Source: Patescibacteria group bacterium (GTDB taxonomy: Bacteria > Patescibacteriota > Microgenomatia > Levybacterales > UBA12049). Taken from it: a stretch of DNA of 48,486 bases. Where the stretch lies: NCBI GenBank assembly GCA_023473785.1, contig JAMCYD010000001.1:1-48486 (forward strand), written 5' to 3'. The notes under the pieces are model-generated. The model was given only the letters and a program-made list of their open reading frames with translations, ran no database searches and had not been told where the DNA came from. This document shows, one piece after another, positions 33,801-42,908 of the stretch. Position 1 is the stretch's first letter; each line of letters opens with the position of its first letter. The position numbers were made by a program, and so were the translations under genes.

Positions 33801-34902
33801 TAGAAAAAAATTAAAAAAGATTGCCCTAATTGTTTTAAGTTTAATAATTCTTTTTTTTGTCGGGCAAGCAGTTCTGAAAATTGCCAGAATAACACCGTTT
33901 TTGTTTCAGCTTGTTTTTAACCACGACGTGAATCTTAAAAAAAGCGATGATCATATAAATATACTTCTTCTTGGAATAGGGGGAGGGGCACATGAAGGAC
34001 CTAATTTAACGGACACAATAATTTTTGCAAGCGTTTCTCCTTCCCAGAAAAAGGTGACATTGATATCTATCCCAAGAGATTTATGGATATCAGACTTAAA
34101 TGCTAAGATAAACAGTGCATATGCATCCGGAGAAGAAAAAAGAACAGGCGGGGGGCTCGTGCTTGCGCAGGCAGTCGTTGGAAAAATTCTCAATCAGCCT
34201 ATTAATTATGGAGTGCGGGTTGATTTTAATGGTTTTATTAAAGCCGTTGATGAGGTTTCGGGACTTGATATTAACGTTGATAGAACTTTTGATGATTATG
34301 AGTATCCAATTGACGGAAAAGAAGAAGATCCATGCGGACATAGCGATGAGGATCTTAAAAACCTAGCAACAGCATCATCTCAGCTCGAGGCATTCCCCTG
34401 TCGTTATATACATGTTCATTTTGACAAAGGAGTTTCCCACATGGATGGGAAGACAGCTCTTATGTTTGTCAGGTCGCGCCATGCCCAGGGAGAAGAAGGA
34501 TCTGATTTTGCAAGAAGCCAACGACAGGAAAAAGTTATTAAAGCATTTAAGGATAAAATATTTTCAGTCCAGACAATTATTAATCCAGCCAGAATAATAA
34601 GCCTTTACGACATTACTAAGGGAAGTATAGATACTAATATCAAAGAGGATGAATTTGATGATTTCATAAGGCTTTCTCAGGAGTTAAAAAATGCCAAGAT
34701 TGAAAACACAGTTTTGGATACGGGAAGCGATGAGACAGATAGACCGGGGCTTCTAATAAATCCCGCTCCCTCAGAAAATTACAGTTTTCAATGGGTTCTT
34801 CTTCCCAGGATTGGTGATAACAATTTTTCGGAAATTCAAAAGTATGTAGATTGCGAGATAAAGATAGGCAAGTGCCCAATTCCTAAAGAGCCTGGGAAGT
34901 AA
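33793..34902 (+). CDS. LytR-CpsA-Psr (LCP) family cell-envelope polymer transferase
   Basis: An N-terminal TM is followed by NILLLGIGG...TDTIIFASV...LISIPRD and FVRSRH motifs. Confidence 0.85.
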   Translation: MHSRKKLKKIALIVLSLIILFFVGQAVLKIARITPFLFQLVFNHDVNLKKSDDHINILLLGIGGGAHEGPNLTDTIIFASVSPSQKKVTLISIPRDLWISDLNAKINSAYASGEEKRTGGGLVLAQAVVGKILNQPINYGVRVDFNGFIKAVDEVSGLDINVDRTFDDYEYPIDGKEEDPCGHSDEDLKNLATASSQLEAFPCRYIHVHFDKGVSHMDGKTALMFVRSRHAQGEEGSDFARSQRQEKVIKAFKDKIFSVQTIINPARIISLYDITKGSIDTNIKEDEFDDFIRLSQELKNAKIENTVLDTGSDETDRPGLLINPAPSENYSFQWVLLPRIGDNNFSEIQKYVDCEIKIGKCPIPKEPGK

Positions 34903-37093
34903 TTTTATAAATTTTGGTCCTGCCGTTTTGGTAGACAACTTTTCCTAACTCTTGAAATTTCTGCTCAGCAAGATTTGGATATTTTTGGTATTCCAAATCA
35001 CCGATAAACACATAGGTAATTCCATATTGATCGATCAGCTGTTGAGCGATACTGGTACTTGTTGTTTCGTATAGAGTTTGTATTTGCGAAATTCGTGGCG
35101 CAGGTATGTCATATGTTCCTCTCCACAGCCATTCATGAACTGTCCATCCCAAAACAGTTGGAAGGCCCGTATTGGCAGAAATTCTTGCAAAGTCAGTATA
35201 GGAATCACCCTGGGCTTCGAGAATCACGGGCTGCCCTTTAATATTTTTATCGATCCATAAAATTGCTTGATAATCAGTTGGATAGAGGTTCTTAAGATAG
35301 ACTATTCCATCCAGGTTATAGCTTGTTTTAAGATTACCGTAATAAGAGCTGATCGCAAAAAAGGGATATGTGAATACCAAAAACAATCCAATAGCGCCAA
35401 TTCCAGGCGCTATCAATTTCCAGTAAGATTTATGATTTACGATTGATGATTTAAGATCTATAAGCAACCGAACGATGATATAGCCGGAAGATATGGAGAG
35501 CATAATGAAGGATTGATAGACAAGCTTAAACATTGTATTGGCGCGGAAATAAGTCGGATAAATATCCTTGGCATAAATGAATTCGGGGATAAATATGAGT
35601 AAGGTGGAAAGAATAATTAAGCAAAAAATAAAAAAATCAAACACTGATAAATTTTTAATTTTGAACTTTAAATTGACAAAGAATGCGAGTACCCAGAGAT
35701 AGAAGAAGCCATATAGAGTTAGCAATTGCCATATAGGCGATCTTTGGCACGAATTTTGTTCAAAAATAAAAGGACCAAGTTTCCCTTTATCGATAAGAAA
35801 TTGAGGAGGACATATTATTCCGATTCCGGAAACAAAAGGCTTGAAATAGTGATTAAATGGAAATGAAAAAATTGCGAAGAAAACACCGATGACAATAAGA
35901 TAAAAAAGCCATTCAAGAATTGAAATTCTTTTTTGGAGTGAAAAAAACAGAAAAACCAGAGCGGTCAATAGAAAATAAATAATCCCGTCCCAAGGATTCG
36001 TCATATACATGACTGCTAATAAAAAACCTATTAATAAAATTTGAAATTTGAAGTTTGAAATTTGAAGTTTTTTAGTTTGATTGGAAATTGAAATTTGATA
36101 TTTGAAAATTAGTGAAAACAAAACAGCAATTGTTAGAAGGACAAAAGGTATATCTAGGACATGCCCGTGAAGATCGGAAACCACGAATGAATAAATTGGA
36201 AATTCATGAATAGTATGATAGATAAAACGGGTAGCATTTGGGTACCAATATGAGTTTGGAAATGTAAATGGAGAGAAGGATAGCTGCCAAAAAGGAACTG
36301 GGTTTTCCCCTATATATCCTTTGAAAAAGGCATAAATAATCTGAAAATTTCCTGAAAAAGTGAGCAAAAACGCCGTTAGGGATCCAGCAAGGGCGATTTT
36401 GATTTTTGTCCCGCCATGGCGGGATTGTTTTTTTAATTCACGCATGAGGTTTGCTCCAATCGAAAAAGAAGTGGTAAAAGTAAAAGCGAAAAGAGTTGCA
36501 ATCATTAAATTGAAAGTTATATTTGAGGGGATGCTTGAGAGTTTTGTTAAAACAGCTGTTGTGAGATGACCAAAGTAGTAATAATTAATTGTAAAAGGGG
36601 TGAACCACATATCGCGAGGCGGGAAATAGTCCGACCTTAATATGGAATTTACAAACCCAAAATCCATGTATTTCTCAAGCCCGTGAATATCTGGTTGGTG
36701 AGCCTTAACAAATGTCCAAAACAGAAGAGTTAGGATAAAAAGAATTTCTTCCAAAACAAAAAGAAACCATTTTTCTTTTAGGCTTTTTAGAATTTTATTT
36801 TTTAATACTAACCGATTATCAATTTTGGCTAAATTGAGAATCAAATTAAACAAAAGAGATAGACTTAAAACAAAAATTAGAGTGAATCTTGTAAATGGAG
36901 CAATATGTGTAATCCCAAGAATAAAAGTAGCGTAAGAAATAATGGCAATACCAATTATCTTTGAAAAGACATACCCTTTATCGAAAAAACTTGAAAATAA
37001 GTTTATAGTGAGTGGCAAAAAGACAGTTCCAATTATAAAAATAGTTAACCACCACTGAAAAATATCCTGCAGGTTCGTCATATTGGTATTCAT
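34883..37093 (-). CDS. DUF2298 'YYY' family polytopic membrane protein (GT-C-like)
   Basis: The signature is PFTINYYYFGH. The protein is 736 aa with many TM segments and a soluble C-terminal domain. Confidence 0.75.
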   Translation of the reverse strand: MNTNMTNLQDIFQWWLTIFIIGTVFLPLTINLFSSFFDKGYVFSKIIGIAIISYATFILGITHIAPFTRFTLIFVLSLSLLFNLILNLAKIDNRLVLKNKILKSLKEKWFLFVLEEILFILTLLFWTFVKAHQPDIHGLEKYMDFGFVNSILRSDYFPPRDMWFTPFTINYYYFGHLTTAVLTKLSSIPSNITFNLMIATLFAFTFTTSFSIGANLMRELKKQSRHGGTKIKIALAGSLTAFLLTFSGNFQIIYAFFKGYIGENPVPFWQLSFSPFTFPNSYWYPNATRFIYHTIHEFPIYSFVVSDLHGHVLDIPFVLLTIAVLFSLIFKYQISISNQTKKLQISNFKFQILLIGFLLAVMYMTNPWDGIIYFLLTALVFLFFSLQKRISILEWLFYLIVIGVFFAIFSFPFNHYFKPFVSGIGIICPPQFLIDKGKLGPFIFEQNSCQRSPIWQLLTLYGFFYLWVLAFFVNLKFKIKNLSVFDFFIFCLIILSTLLIFIPEFIYAKDIYPTYFRANTMFKLVYQSFIMLSISSGYIIVRLLIDLKSSIVNHKSYWKLIAPGIGAIGLFLVFTYPFFAISSYYGNLKTSYNLDGIVYLKNLYPTDYQAILWIDKNIKGQPVILEAQGDSYTDFARISANTGLPTVLGWTVHEWLWRGTYDIPAPRISQIQTLYETTSTSIAQQLIDQYGITYVFIGDLEYQKYPNLAEQKFQELGKVVYQNGRTKIYKITSQAL
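36038..36110. repeat. About 10 degenerate heptamer units (plus strand AATTTGA, sense AAATTTC family) inside the YYY-protein gene
   Basis: The plus strand reads AATTTGA AATTTGA AGTTTGA AATTTGA AGTTTTT ... AAATTGA AATTTGA TATTTGA. It encodes FKYQISISNQTKKLQISNFKFQI. Confidence 0.8.
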
Positions 37094-38752
37094 CTAAAGT
37101 CTGATATTAATGCATCTTTTTTTAATACTATATATTATATATTGCCCCTGATTGTTTTTATACATCTTATCAAAATTTTCCTCGAAGAAGGGCCTATTTA
37201 TTGAGAAATCAGTGGAGTCGCTTGGCAGATTAATTTCTACATAGTTGATATTATATCTGGAAATTTTTTTACAAAAAAGATCAACGTTATTAGAATTAAG
37301 CAAGTTTTTTCTCAAATTGTCTCTTGTCAATGTATCATAGCCTGCAGACCAGGGAAAGTATGGCCAGCCAAGAAAAATTTTTCTACCCGCTAAAGATGCT
37401 GGAGTATAAAGATATTGAATGTTAAGAAAAACAGAGCTAGGTGGAGTATTTTGCATAATCCATTTTACGTCTTGATTTATCGGATAGTCAGGAAGAGCTA
37501 TCTTGGAATCATTATATACTGGAAAAAAATCAATAATTCCTGAAAGTATTAAGAAGAAAAATAAAATAACAGCTATTGGCTTTAGTAAGTTTTTTTTATT
37601 CCAAAGCTTAACTAGAGAGTAAGAAGAAAACATGACTCCGATTATCATAAAATAGTTAAAAAATTTATGATTTGCAGCCATTTCGGGTGAAAATTGCATT
37701 GTGTTGCCAATAATAAAAAGAGAAAAAAATGCGATCAAAATTTTCTTGGCATTTTTTGGAGCAAAGATAAAACCAAGTGGAATTAAAATTATGTGAAGTC
37801 CAAGATTTTGAATCCAGTAATTTACAAAAGAGATAATAGTTAAATTAAAAGATGCAAGATATCCTGGAGAGAAAAAAGGTTTAAAAGTTGATCCGCCAGA
37901 CTCAAGATATTTATATTGAGGCAGCGCAATAACTGCTCCTATAGACAAAATTAACAATAAAGACTTAATTACTTTTGGAAATAATAAGGCAAGAATTATT
38001 AAAATAACAACAGTCATCAGAAAAACTGCTAGGTGAAAATAAAAATAAAATCCTAAAATTATTCCAAGCAATATTGACAATTTCAGACTTGGATTTTCCC
38101 TTTTTAAAACAGGATTTATAAATAAAAAAATTATGAGTAGAGAGATTGCAAAAGCCGGCGCTAAGTGTCGTTGATTTGTGTAGATGTTTAAATTCCAAAA
38201 CGCAGAGACGATTCCATTATCATACGGTCCGAATGAGGAAAATTTTTGATTGGAAAAAATTTCATAAATAATATTCTTTGACAAAGGATGATTTTTGAAA
38301 AAGTAAACAAAGCTGAGCGATCCATTAAAAAGAAATAAAATAACAGTTAAGATCCCTACACTTCTTGAAACAAAGATATTTTTTGCAAAATAATAAACTA
38401 TTAATAGTAGCCCAAAAAAACCTAATATAGATAAAATGTTTAAAGCAAGATTGATCCTAAGCCCTAGTTTTTCTAGAAATCCTACCATTAAATAAAATAA
38501 GAAATGGTAATGTATTGGAAGGCCCGGAAAAATAGGATACTGGGGGGGGAAATTATTTCCAAATGAAAAAGAACGGATTAAGGGTATCGTACTTGCAAAA
38601 TCACTCCAAGCTTTGGTTGCAATTAACATTGACCCGGCTTTATAAGAAAACGTAGAGAACATTAGCCAAGAGCTGAACAAGAGAGAAAATGTTGCAAAAA
38701 AAATTTCAACAAAATTATTCCTGAGAAATTTAATATATTTTTTATTCATCAA
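37094..38752 (-). CDS. Polytopic membrane protein, probably a GT-C fold glycosyltransferase (ArnT/PMT-like)
   Basis: 552 aa with about 12 TM segments and a C-terminal soluble domain. It abuts the YYY gene with no gap. No diagnostic motif was read. Confidence 0.55.
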   Translation of the reverse strand: MMNKKYIKFLRNNFVEIFFATFSLLFSSWLMFSTFSYKAGSMLIATKAWSDFASTIPLIRSFSFGNNFPPQYPIFPGLPIHYHFLFYLMVGFLEKLGLRINLALNILSILGFFGLLLIVYYFAKNIFVSRSVGILTVILFLFNGSLSFVYFFKNHPLSKNIIYEIFSNQKFSSFGPYDNGIVSAFWNLNIYTNQRHLAPAFAISLLIIFLFINPVLKRENPSLKLSILLGIILGFYFYFHLAVFLMTVVILIILALLFPKVIKSLLLILSIGAVIALPQYKYLESGGSTFKPFFSPGYLASFNLTIISFVNYWIQNLGLHIILIPLGFIFAPKNAKKILIAFFSLFIIGNTMQFSPEMAANHKFFNYFMIIGVMFSSYSLVKLWNKKNLLKPIAVILFFFLILSGIIDFFPVYNDSKIALPDYPINQDVKWIMQNTPPSSVFLNIQYLYTPASLAGRKIFLGWPYFPWSAGYDTLTRDNLRKNLLNSNNVDLFCKKISRYNINYVEINLPSDSTDFSINRPFFEENFDKMYKNNQGQYIIYSIKKRCINIRL

Positions 38753-40028
38753 TAAGCCTTGCTACTTTTTGTCCGAGCTCCACTGCATAATTTGTTCCCC
38801 GATCCCAAGGATAAACCTGCTGAATATTGGCAAGATAAACATTTGGAAGGGGTGTTTGAAAAGGCGGAACAATTTTAGAATAATTCACGGGAATAATTGG
38901 TTGAGCAAAAGGAACTTGAAATAATTTAAAATTTATAATTGATGATTTATAATTTCTATTTATTTTTCGTAAATAAGGATCATAAATTTTCAAAAGCTCA
39001 TCAGCAGTAATTTTCATATAAGGATGATCGGAAGGCAAATAATTTCCCAGATATACGATATGTTCATTATTATAGTGTTTGTTGTCTATAAAATTCGTGT
39101 GTTCAACGATTGCCATAATGGGTGATTTTTTATCGCAGACACTAAGCCAGTAAGTTCCATCCTTAAGAAACTTTTCCTTTAGTCTTAAAACTAAATTAAT
39201 GGCACCAAGGCCCTTTAGTGTCAGTAGCTCTCTTTTGTAATCTTCCGGTAGGCTTGGTGCGATTTTGATAAAAAAGAACGATGGTAAGGTTACAATCACC
39301 TTGTCAAACTTTTCATTTTTGGTCTTAGTCTTTAGGCTTTCTTGAAATTTTATCTCAGCCATTTCTTTGTCGCAAATTATTTCTTTTACTTCTGTATTAA
39401 AGTAAAGTTTTCCTCCTGCTTTTTCAATTTTGGCGACAAGTGTTTGTGCAAAAGCAAGAAAACCGCCTTGAGGATACACTAGGGATGGTGTTCTTTTTTT
39501 AATTCTTGCCCAAAACCAGGAAAGCGCGATGTCTTTTGTAAAATCCCCAAATTTATTTTTAAGCTGCGGCTCCCAAATTTTTTCATATGCTTTCTCTCCC
39601 ATAGTTTTTGATAAAAACTCTTCTGTCTTTATTCCTTCAAGTAATTTCCAGAAAGGAAAATAGCGCAAAATACCAATAACTCCCGCCATTCTAAATCGAT
39701 CAAAAACAGAAAGACGGGGGAATAAAATAACGCTTCTAGGAGAATCAAGTTGATACAAATTGCCATCAACATAGACAGATGTTTTTGGACGATTTATTAA
39801 AACTTTATAGTTTATTTCTTTTGCAAGATTTAAGATGTTCCTGTCATTTGTAAACCAGTGATGGTAGTGTTTTTCCAAAGTCCATTCCCAGCCAGGTTCT
39901 TTATAGCCGATTGCAAGTCCACCCGGTTTTGAATCTTTTTCAAAAACCGAAACTTCGTGCCCATTTTTTACTAAATCATAAGCCGCGGAGAGTCCTGTGA
40001 AGCCTGCTCCAATAATTCCTATTTTCAT
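38742..40028 (-). CDS. FAD/NAD(P)-dependent oxidoreductase (amine oxidase / phytoene desaturase-like)
   Basis: An N-terminal Rossmann motif KIGIIGAGFTGLSAAYDL...VSVFEK....GG is present. 428 aa. Confidence 0.8.
   Translation of the reverse strand: MKIGIIGAGFTGLSAAYDLVKNGHEVSVFEKDSKPGGLAIGYKEPGWEWTLEKHYHHWFTNDRNILNLAKEINYKVLINRPKTSVYVDGNLYQLDSPRSVILFPRLSVFDRFRMAGVIGILRYFPFWKLLEGIKTEEFLSKTMGEKAYEKIWEPQLKNKFGDFTKDIALSWFWARIKKRTPSLVYPQGGFLAFAQTLVAKIEKAGGKLYFNTEVKEIICDKEMAEIKFQESLKTKTKNEKFDKVIVTLPSFFFIKIAPSLPEDYKRELLTLKGLGAINLVLRLKEKFLKDGTYWLSVCDKKSPIMAIVEHTNFIDNKHYNNEHIVYLGNYLPSDHPYMKITADELLKIYDPYLRKINRNYKSSIINFKLFQVPFAQPIIPVNYSKIVPPFQTPLPNVYLANIQQVYPWDRGTNYAVELGQKVARLIDE
39321..39341. repeat. 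Three AAGACYA-type heptamer units inside the oxidoreductase gene (plus strand GGTCTTA GTCTTTA GGCTTTC), followed by one AAATTTC unit
   Basis: It shares the GGTCTTA and AGTCTTT units with 30666..30700. The adjacent 39342..39352 is the reverse complement of AAAATTTCAAG. Confidence 0.65.
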
Positions 40029-41404
40029 AAAGATAAGATGCCACCGCGAGTGAGAAGAAAGAGAAATATGCCAAAAGCAGTGATTACAATGCCTGTTATC
40101 CCAATACTGACAATATTAGGATTGCCCGGAGGAGCTGTTTTTTTTGGCAATATGGTTGGGGAGATACTGCTGATAGGGGGTATTGTCGGAGCAATTGTTG
40201 GAGTAGGCGTTAGAATAGGAGTCAGGGTAGGAGTCAGGGTAACAGTTAGTGTTGGTAAAGGAGATACGACTGGAGTGGCCGATGGCGTTGCTGATTCCGT
40301 AACTTGCGTTCCTGAGGCATAGATAACAAAAGACTGGGTTATTGTCCGCAGAATTCCAGATACATCTTTTGCAACTACAGATATGGTATGTGCCCCAGGA
40401 GAAAGAGGTGTGGGCGGACGATAAGTCCAATTACCCAACTTATCTGTGGTTACTTGAGTTTGTATATTTTCGGGGGAATGAATAGTTATCGAAACACTAC
40501 TGTTGGGAAGGGCAATTCCTGAGAATTTTGGCTGCTGATCAGAAAAACCTTGGTTTTTTTGGGATGCTAAAATCTCCAAGTTTTTTCCAGTCGGAACTGA
40601 AGAGGGAATGGGAAGAGAGGAAAAAATCTTAGCAGATTCCGAAGCCAAGGGTTGAGGGATTATTGTGAAGTCGTAGTCATTGGACAAGATTATTGGCGGC
40701 ACAGAGCTTGTTTGTCCAACTGAAAGTTGCACATTAGATGAAAGATTTCCTGAAACAGCAAGCATTTTAATTACAGAACTACTCTGTAAGCTAAGATAAG
40801 AGGATAGATCTTTGGTTCTAAGAAAGTTCAAAGGAATTTCATAGCTTCCATCTTCTTTTGTAAGAGCAGATATAATCTGCGCATTTTCTGACGTAAGATA
40901 AACTATGGTTTCTTTGGAAGGGTTTCCGCTGGATAATAAGACTTTGCCGACAATTTTTCCTTGAGATATGGGTGGAAGCTTAATATTTGGTCCAGTTTTT
41001 ACAGTAAAAGGGATCTCATTTTGTAGAAATGTCTCCTGCCCTGACGTAATTGAGAAATAATAAGAAGTTTGGGGAGTTAAATTTTTTACTGTTATGCTAT
41101 GAACTGTATGGGGAGAGAGGGAGTTCTTTTGTCTATCTCTATCATCCAGCGCGCTAGATCCTAAATTTTTATCTTTGCCAAAATTCACAGAACCAAGTAC
41201 ATTGGCGTCTGTTGTAAAGGATACGGTGAATGAGGTGTCTTGAATATTGGTAATTCTCACATTTTTAGGGGAGTTTGAAGGTCCAGCAAGACTTGTAAAA
41301 ATTGCCCCTTTTTCTACAAGAAATGTGGTCAGTCCTATCCCGATTACTATTATAAATAGTCCTAAAATTGTTGGAATGCGTTTATTCCAGACGGTATTAT
41401 TCAT
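40025..41404 (-). CDS. Surface protein with an N-terminal TM, an FN3-like domain, Ig-like domains, a T/P-rich linker and a C-terminal TM anchor
   Basis: PKNVRITNIQDTSFTVSFTT...YYFSI is FN3-like. A GKIVGKV...DGSYEIP beta-sandwich and a later Ig-like segment are present. The TP repeats include a tandem 12-mer at 40217..40240. The C-terminus reads PPGNP plus a hydrophobic stretch plus TRGG. Confidence 0.65.
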   Translation of the reverse strand: MNNTVWNKRIPTILGLFIIVIGIGLTTFLVEKGAIFTSLAGPSNSPKNVRITNIQDTSFTVSFTTDANVLGSVNFGKDKNLGSSALDDRDRQKNSLSPHTVHSITVKNLTPQTSYYFSITSGQETFLQNEIPFTVKTGPNIKLPPISQGKIVGKVLLSSGNPSKETIVYLTSENAQIISALTKEDGSYEIPLNFLRTKDLSSYLSLQSSSVIKMLAVSGNLSSNVQLSVGQTSSVPPIILSNDYDFTIIPQPLASESAKIFSSLPIPSSVPTGKNLEILASQKNQGFSDQQPKFSGIALPNSSVSITIHSPENIQTQVTTDKLGNWTYRPPTPLSPGAHTISVVAKDVSGILRTITQSFVIYASGTQVTESATPSATPVVSPLPTLTVTLTPTLTPILTPTPTIAPTIPPISSISPTILPKKTAPPGNPNIVSIGITGIVITAFGIFLFLLTRGGILSL

Positions 41405-41691
41405 GGCAATATATCAGTTCTTATTATTGGTCGCGTAGTCTCTGGGACAGCAGTGGTTGCGCTTTCGCTCCCTGCCGTATTTTTTATTTCGTAGATTGGT
41501 AATATTTTTTCTCTTTTCTTAAGATTCTCAATAGTTTTTGTATCAAAATCAGGATTTATTGGAATAATTTGCATTGTTGTCGATGTTGATATGGTATTCA
41601 CCGCTAAGTTGTGATACACGCTAAAAATAATCCAAAGAAGGACTACTATAACAGTGGATGCTAATAGAAAAAGAATATCTTTCTGCTTCAT
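41401..41691 (-). CDS. Small single-TM protein in the pilN/pilO operon
   Basis: 96 aa with an N-terminal TM. It overlaps both neighbours. Confidence 0.5.
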   Translation of the reverse strand: MKQKDILFLLASTVIVVLLWIIFSVYHNLAVNTISTSTTMQIIPINPDFDTKTIENLKKREKILPIYEIKNTAGSESATTAVPETTRPIIRTDILP

Positions 41692-41694
41692 GTT

Positions 41695-42318
41695 TTATTT
41701 TTTAAAATAAGCCTTTCCTAAAATATCAATTTGTAGAACTCCAGCTTGATCGCCCTTTTTATTTATAGAAATCGTTTCTATGGAGATTACTCTTTGCATA
41801 TTCACAAGAGTTGATAAAAACTTTATCAGATCGTTATAGCTTCCCTGCAGGGAGGCAGAAAAGGAAAAAGAAGAATATTTGTTTTGGTTGGTTGAGGAGC
41901 TTACAGCTTCTACTTGAAAACTTTGTAGATTGTTAAATGTAACGTTGGAATTCTTAGCAATCGACTGTATCTGTCCTAAGAGAAGAGGCACTTCGGGATC
42001 TTGGGGAATGCTATCAAGCACAACCGGTACGTCAGTTTGCATAAGGCTATATTTTTGCTGAAGAGCCGATAGATTATTAATTTTTTCTTGCAATTTTTGA
42101 TCAACAAATTTATTGTCGGCTAACTCCTTTCTGAGTTTTGCAATTGTTGAAAGAGTTGGGTTAATTGCGAATAATCCCAGAAAGGAAAGTGCTATGAGAG
42201 AGAGAAAAAGACTTGCAGATCTTTGGGCTTTCTCCTTTCTGAAATCAGGGAAAAGCTCCAAGTATTTACTATTCTTGATACTCCTAAAAATGTTACCTAT
42301 ATTAGTTGTTTTTGCCAT
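41695..42318 (-). CDS. pilO: PilO-like type IV pilus assembly protein
   Basis: The N-terminal TM, coiled-coil and C-terminal alpha/beta domain architecture sits directly after pilN. The start at 42318 (MAKTTN) overlaps the pilN stop. Confidence 0.6.
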   Translation of the reverse strand: MAKTTNIGNIFRSIKNSKYLELFPDFRKEKAQRSASLFLSLIALSFLGLFAINPTLSTIAKLRKELADNKFVDQKLQEKINNLSALQQKYSLMQTDVPVVLDSIPQDPEVPLLLGQIQSIAKNSNVTFNNLQSFQVEAVSSSTNQNKYSSFSFSASLQGSYNDLIKFLSTLVNMQRVISIETISINKKGDQAGVLQIDILGKAYFKK

Positions 42319-42865
42319 AAGAATCTTTCGTTTGTGAAAGAGTAGCCGTGATACCGACATTGATAAGACTATTTGATAATTTATTTTCTATCTTGTCTAT
42401 GCTGACACTTTTAATGCCAGGATAATTTTTTAATAGATTTACAAAATTACCCAAAGAGGAAACGAATTGAACATTTGCGCCTATGCTAATTCTGTTTTCA
42501 GAAATAAGGAAACTCTGAAAAGTCACTCCCGCAGGGGCAAAAGAGATAATATCTTTTAAGATTTTTATTTTTTTTTCTCCAAGATTTGAAAAATTGGATG
42601 CTATATCAAGCCTGTCTTGAAAATTTCGATAAGTATCCTCGCGATTCTTAAGATATCCTACAATAGTCTGTTCTTGTTTAATTTTTGAATGAAGATCAAT
42701 TAGTTCCCTATCAAGAGAAAACCTATATAAAAAAGCGGATAGTGCAATAAGTTCTGTAATTATTACAACGAGCCGTCCTATCGTTAATGCCCAGTTTATA
42801 AATTTATCAAAGAAATCTACATTTTCTCCTCCCAATAAATTTATAGATGGGTTTCCTTTTTTCAT
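42302..42865 (-). CDS. pilN: PilN-like type IV pilus assembly protein
   Basis: The conserved N-terminal INLL motif is followed by a single TM and then a coiled-coil. Confidence 0.65.
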   Translation of the reverse strand: MKKGNPSINLLGGENVDFFDKFINWALTIGRLVVIITELIALSAFLYRFSLDRELIDLHSKIKQEQTIVGYLKNREDTYRNFQDRLDIASNFSNLGEKKIKILKDIISFAPAGVTFQSFLISENRISIGANVQFVSSLGNFVNLLKNYPGIKSVSIDKIENKLSNSLINVGITATLSQTKDSYGKNN

Positions 42866-42908
42866 CGCACTTTTAGTCTAGGGATTTTTTTAGCTTTTGT
42901 CAAAAAAA

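Noticed and set aside
36038-36110. Considered whether the short tandem repeats here and at 10190..10221 could be a CRISPR array or similar
   Set aside because: The units are 7 nt with no spacers, lie inside ORFs, and no cas genes are present.
40038-40430. 94-aa plus-strand ORF and 104-aa alternative minus-frame ORF over the TP-repeat region
   Set aside because: They are generated by the repetitive GC-richer TP-linker DNA of the 459-aa surface protein. They have no independent start context.
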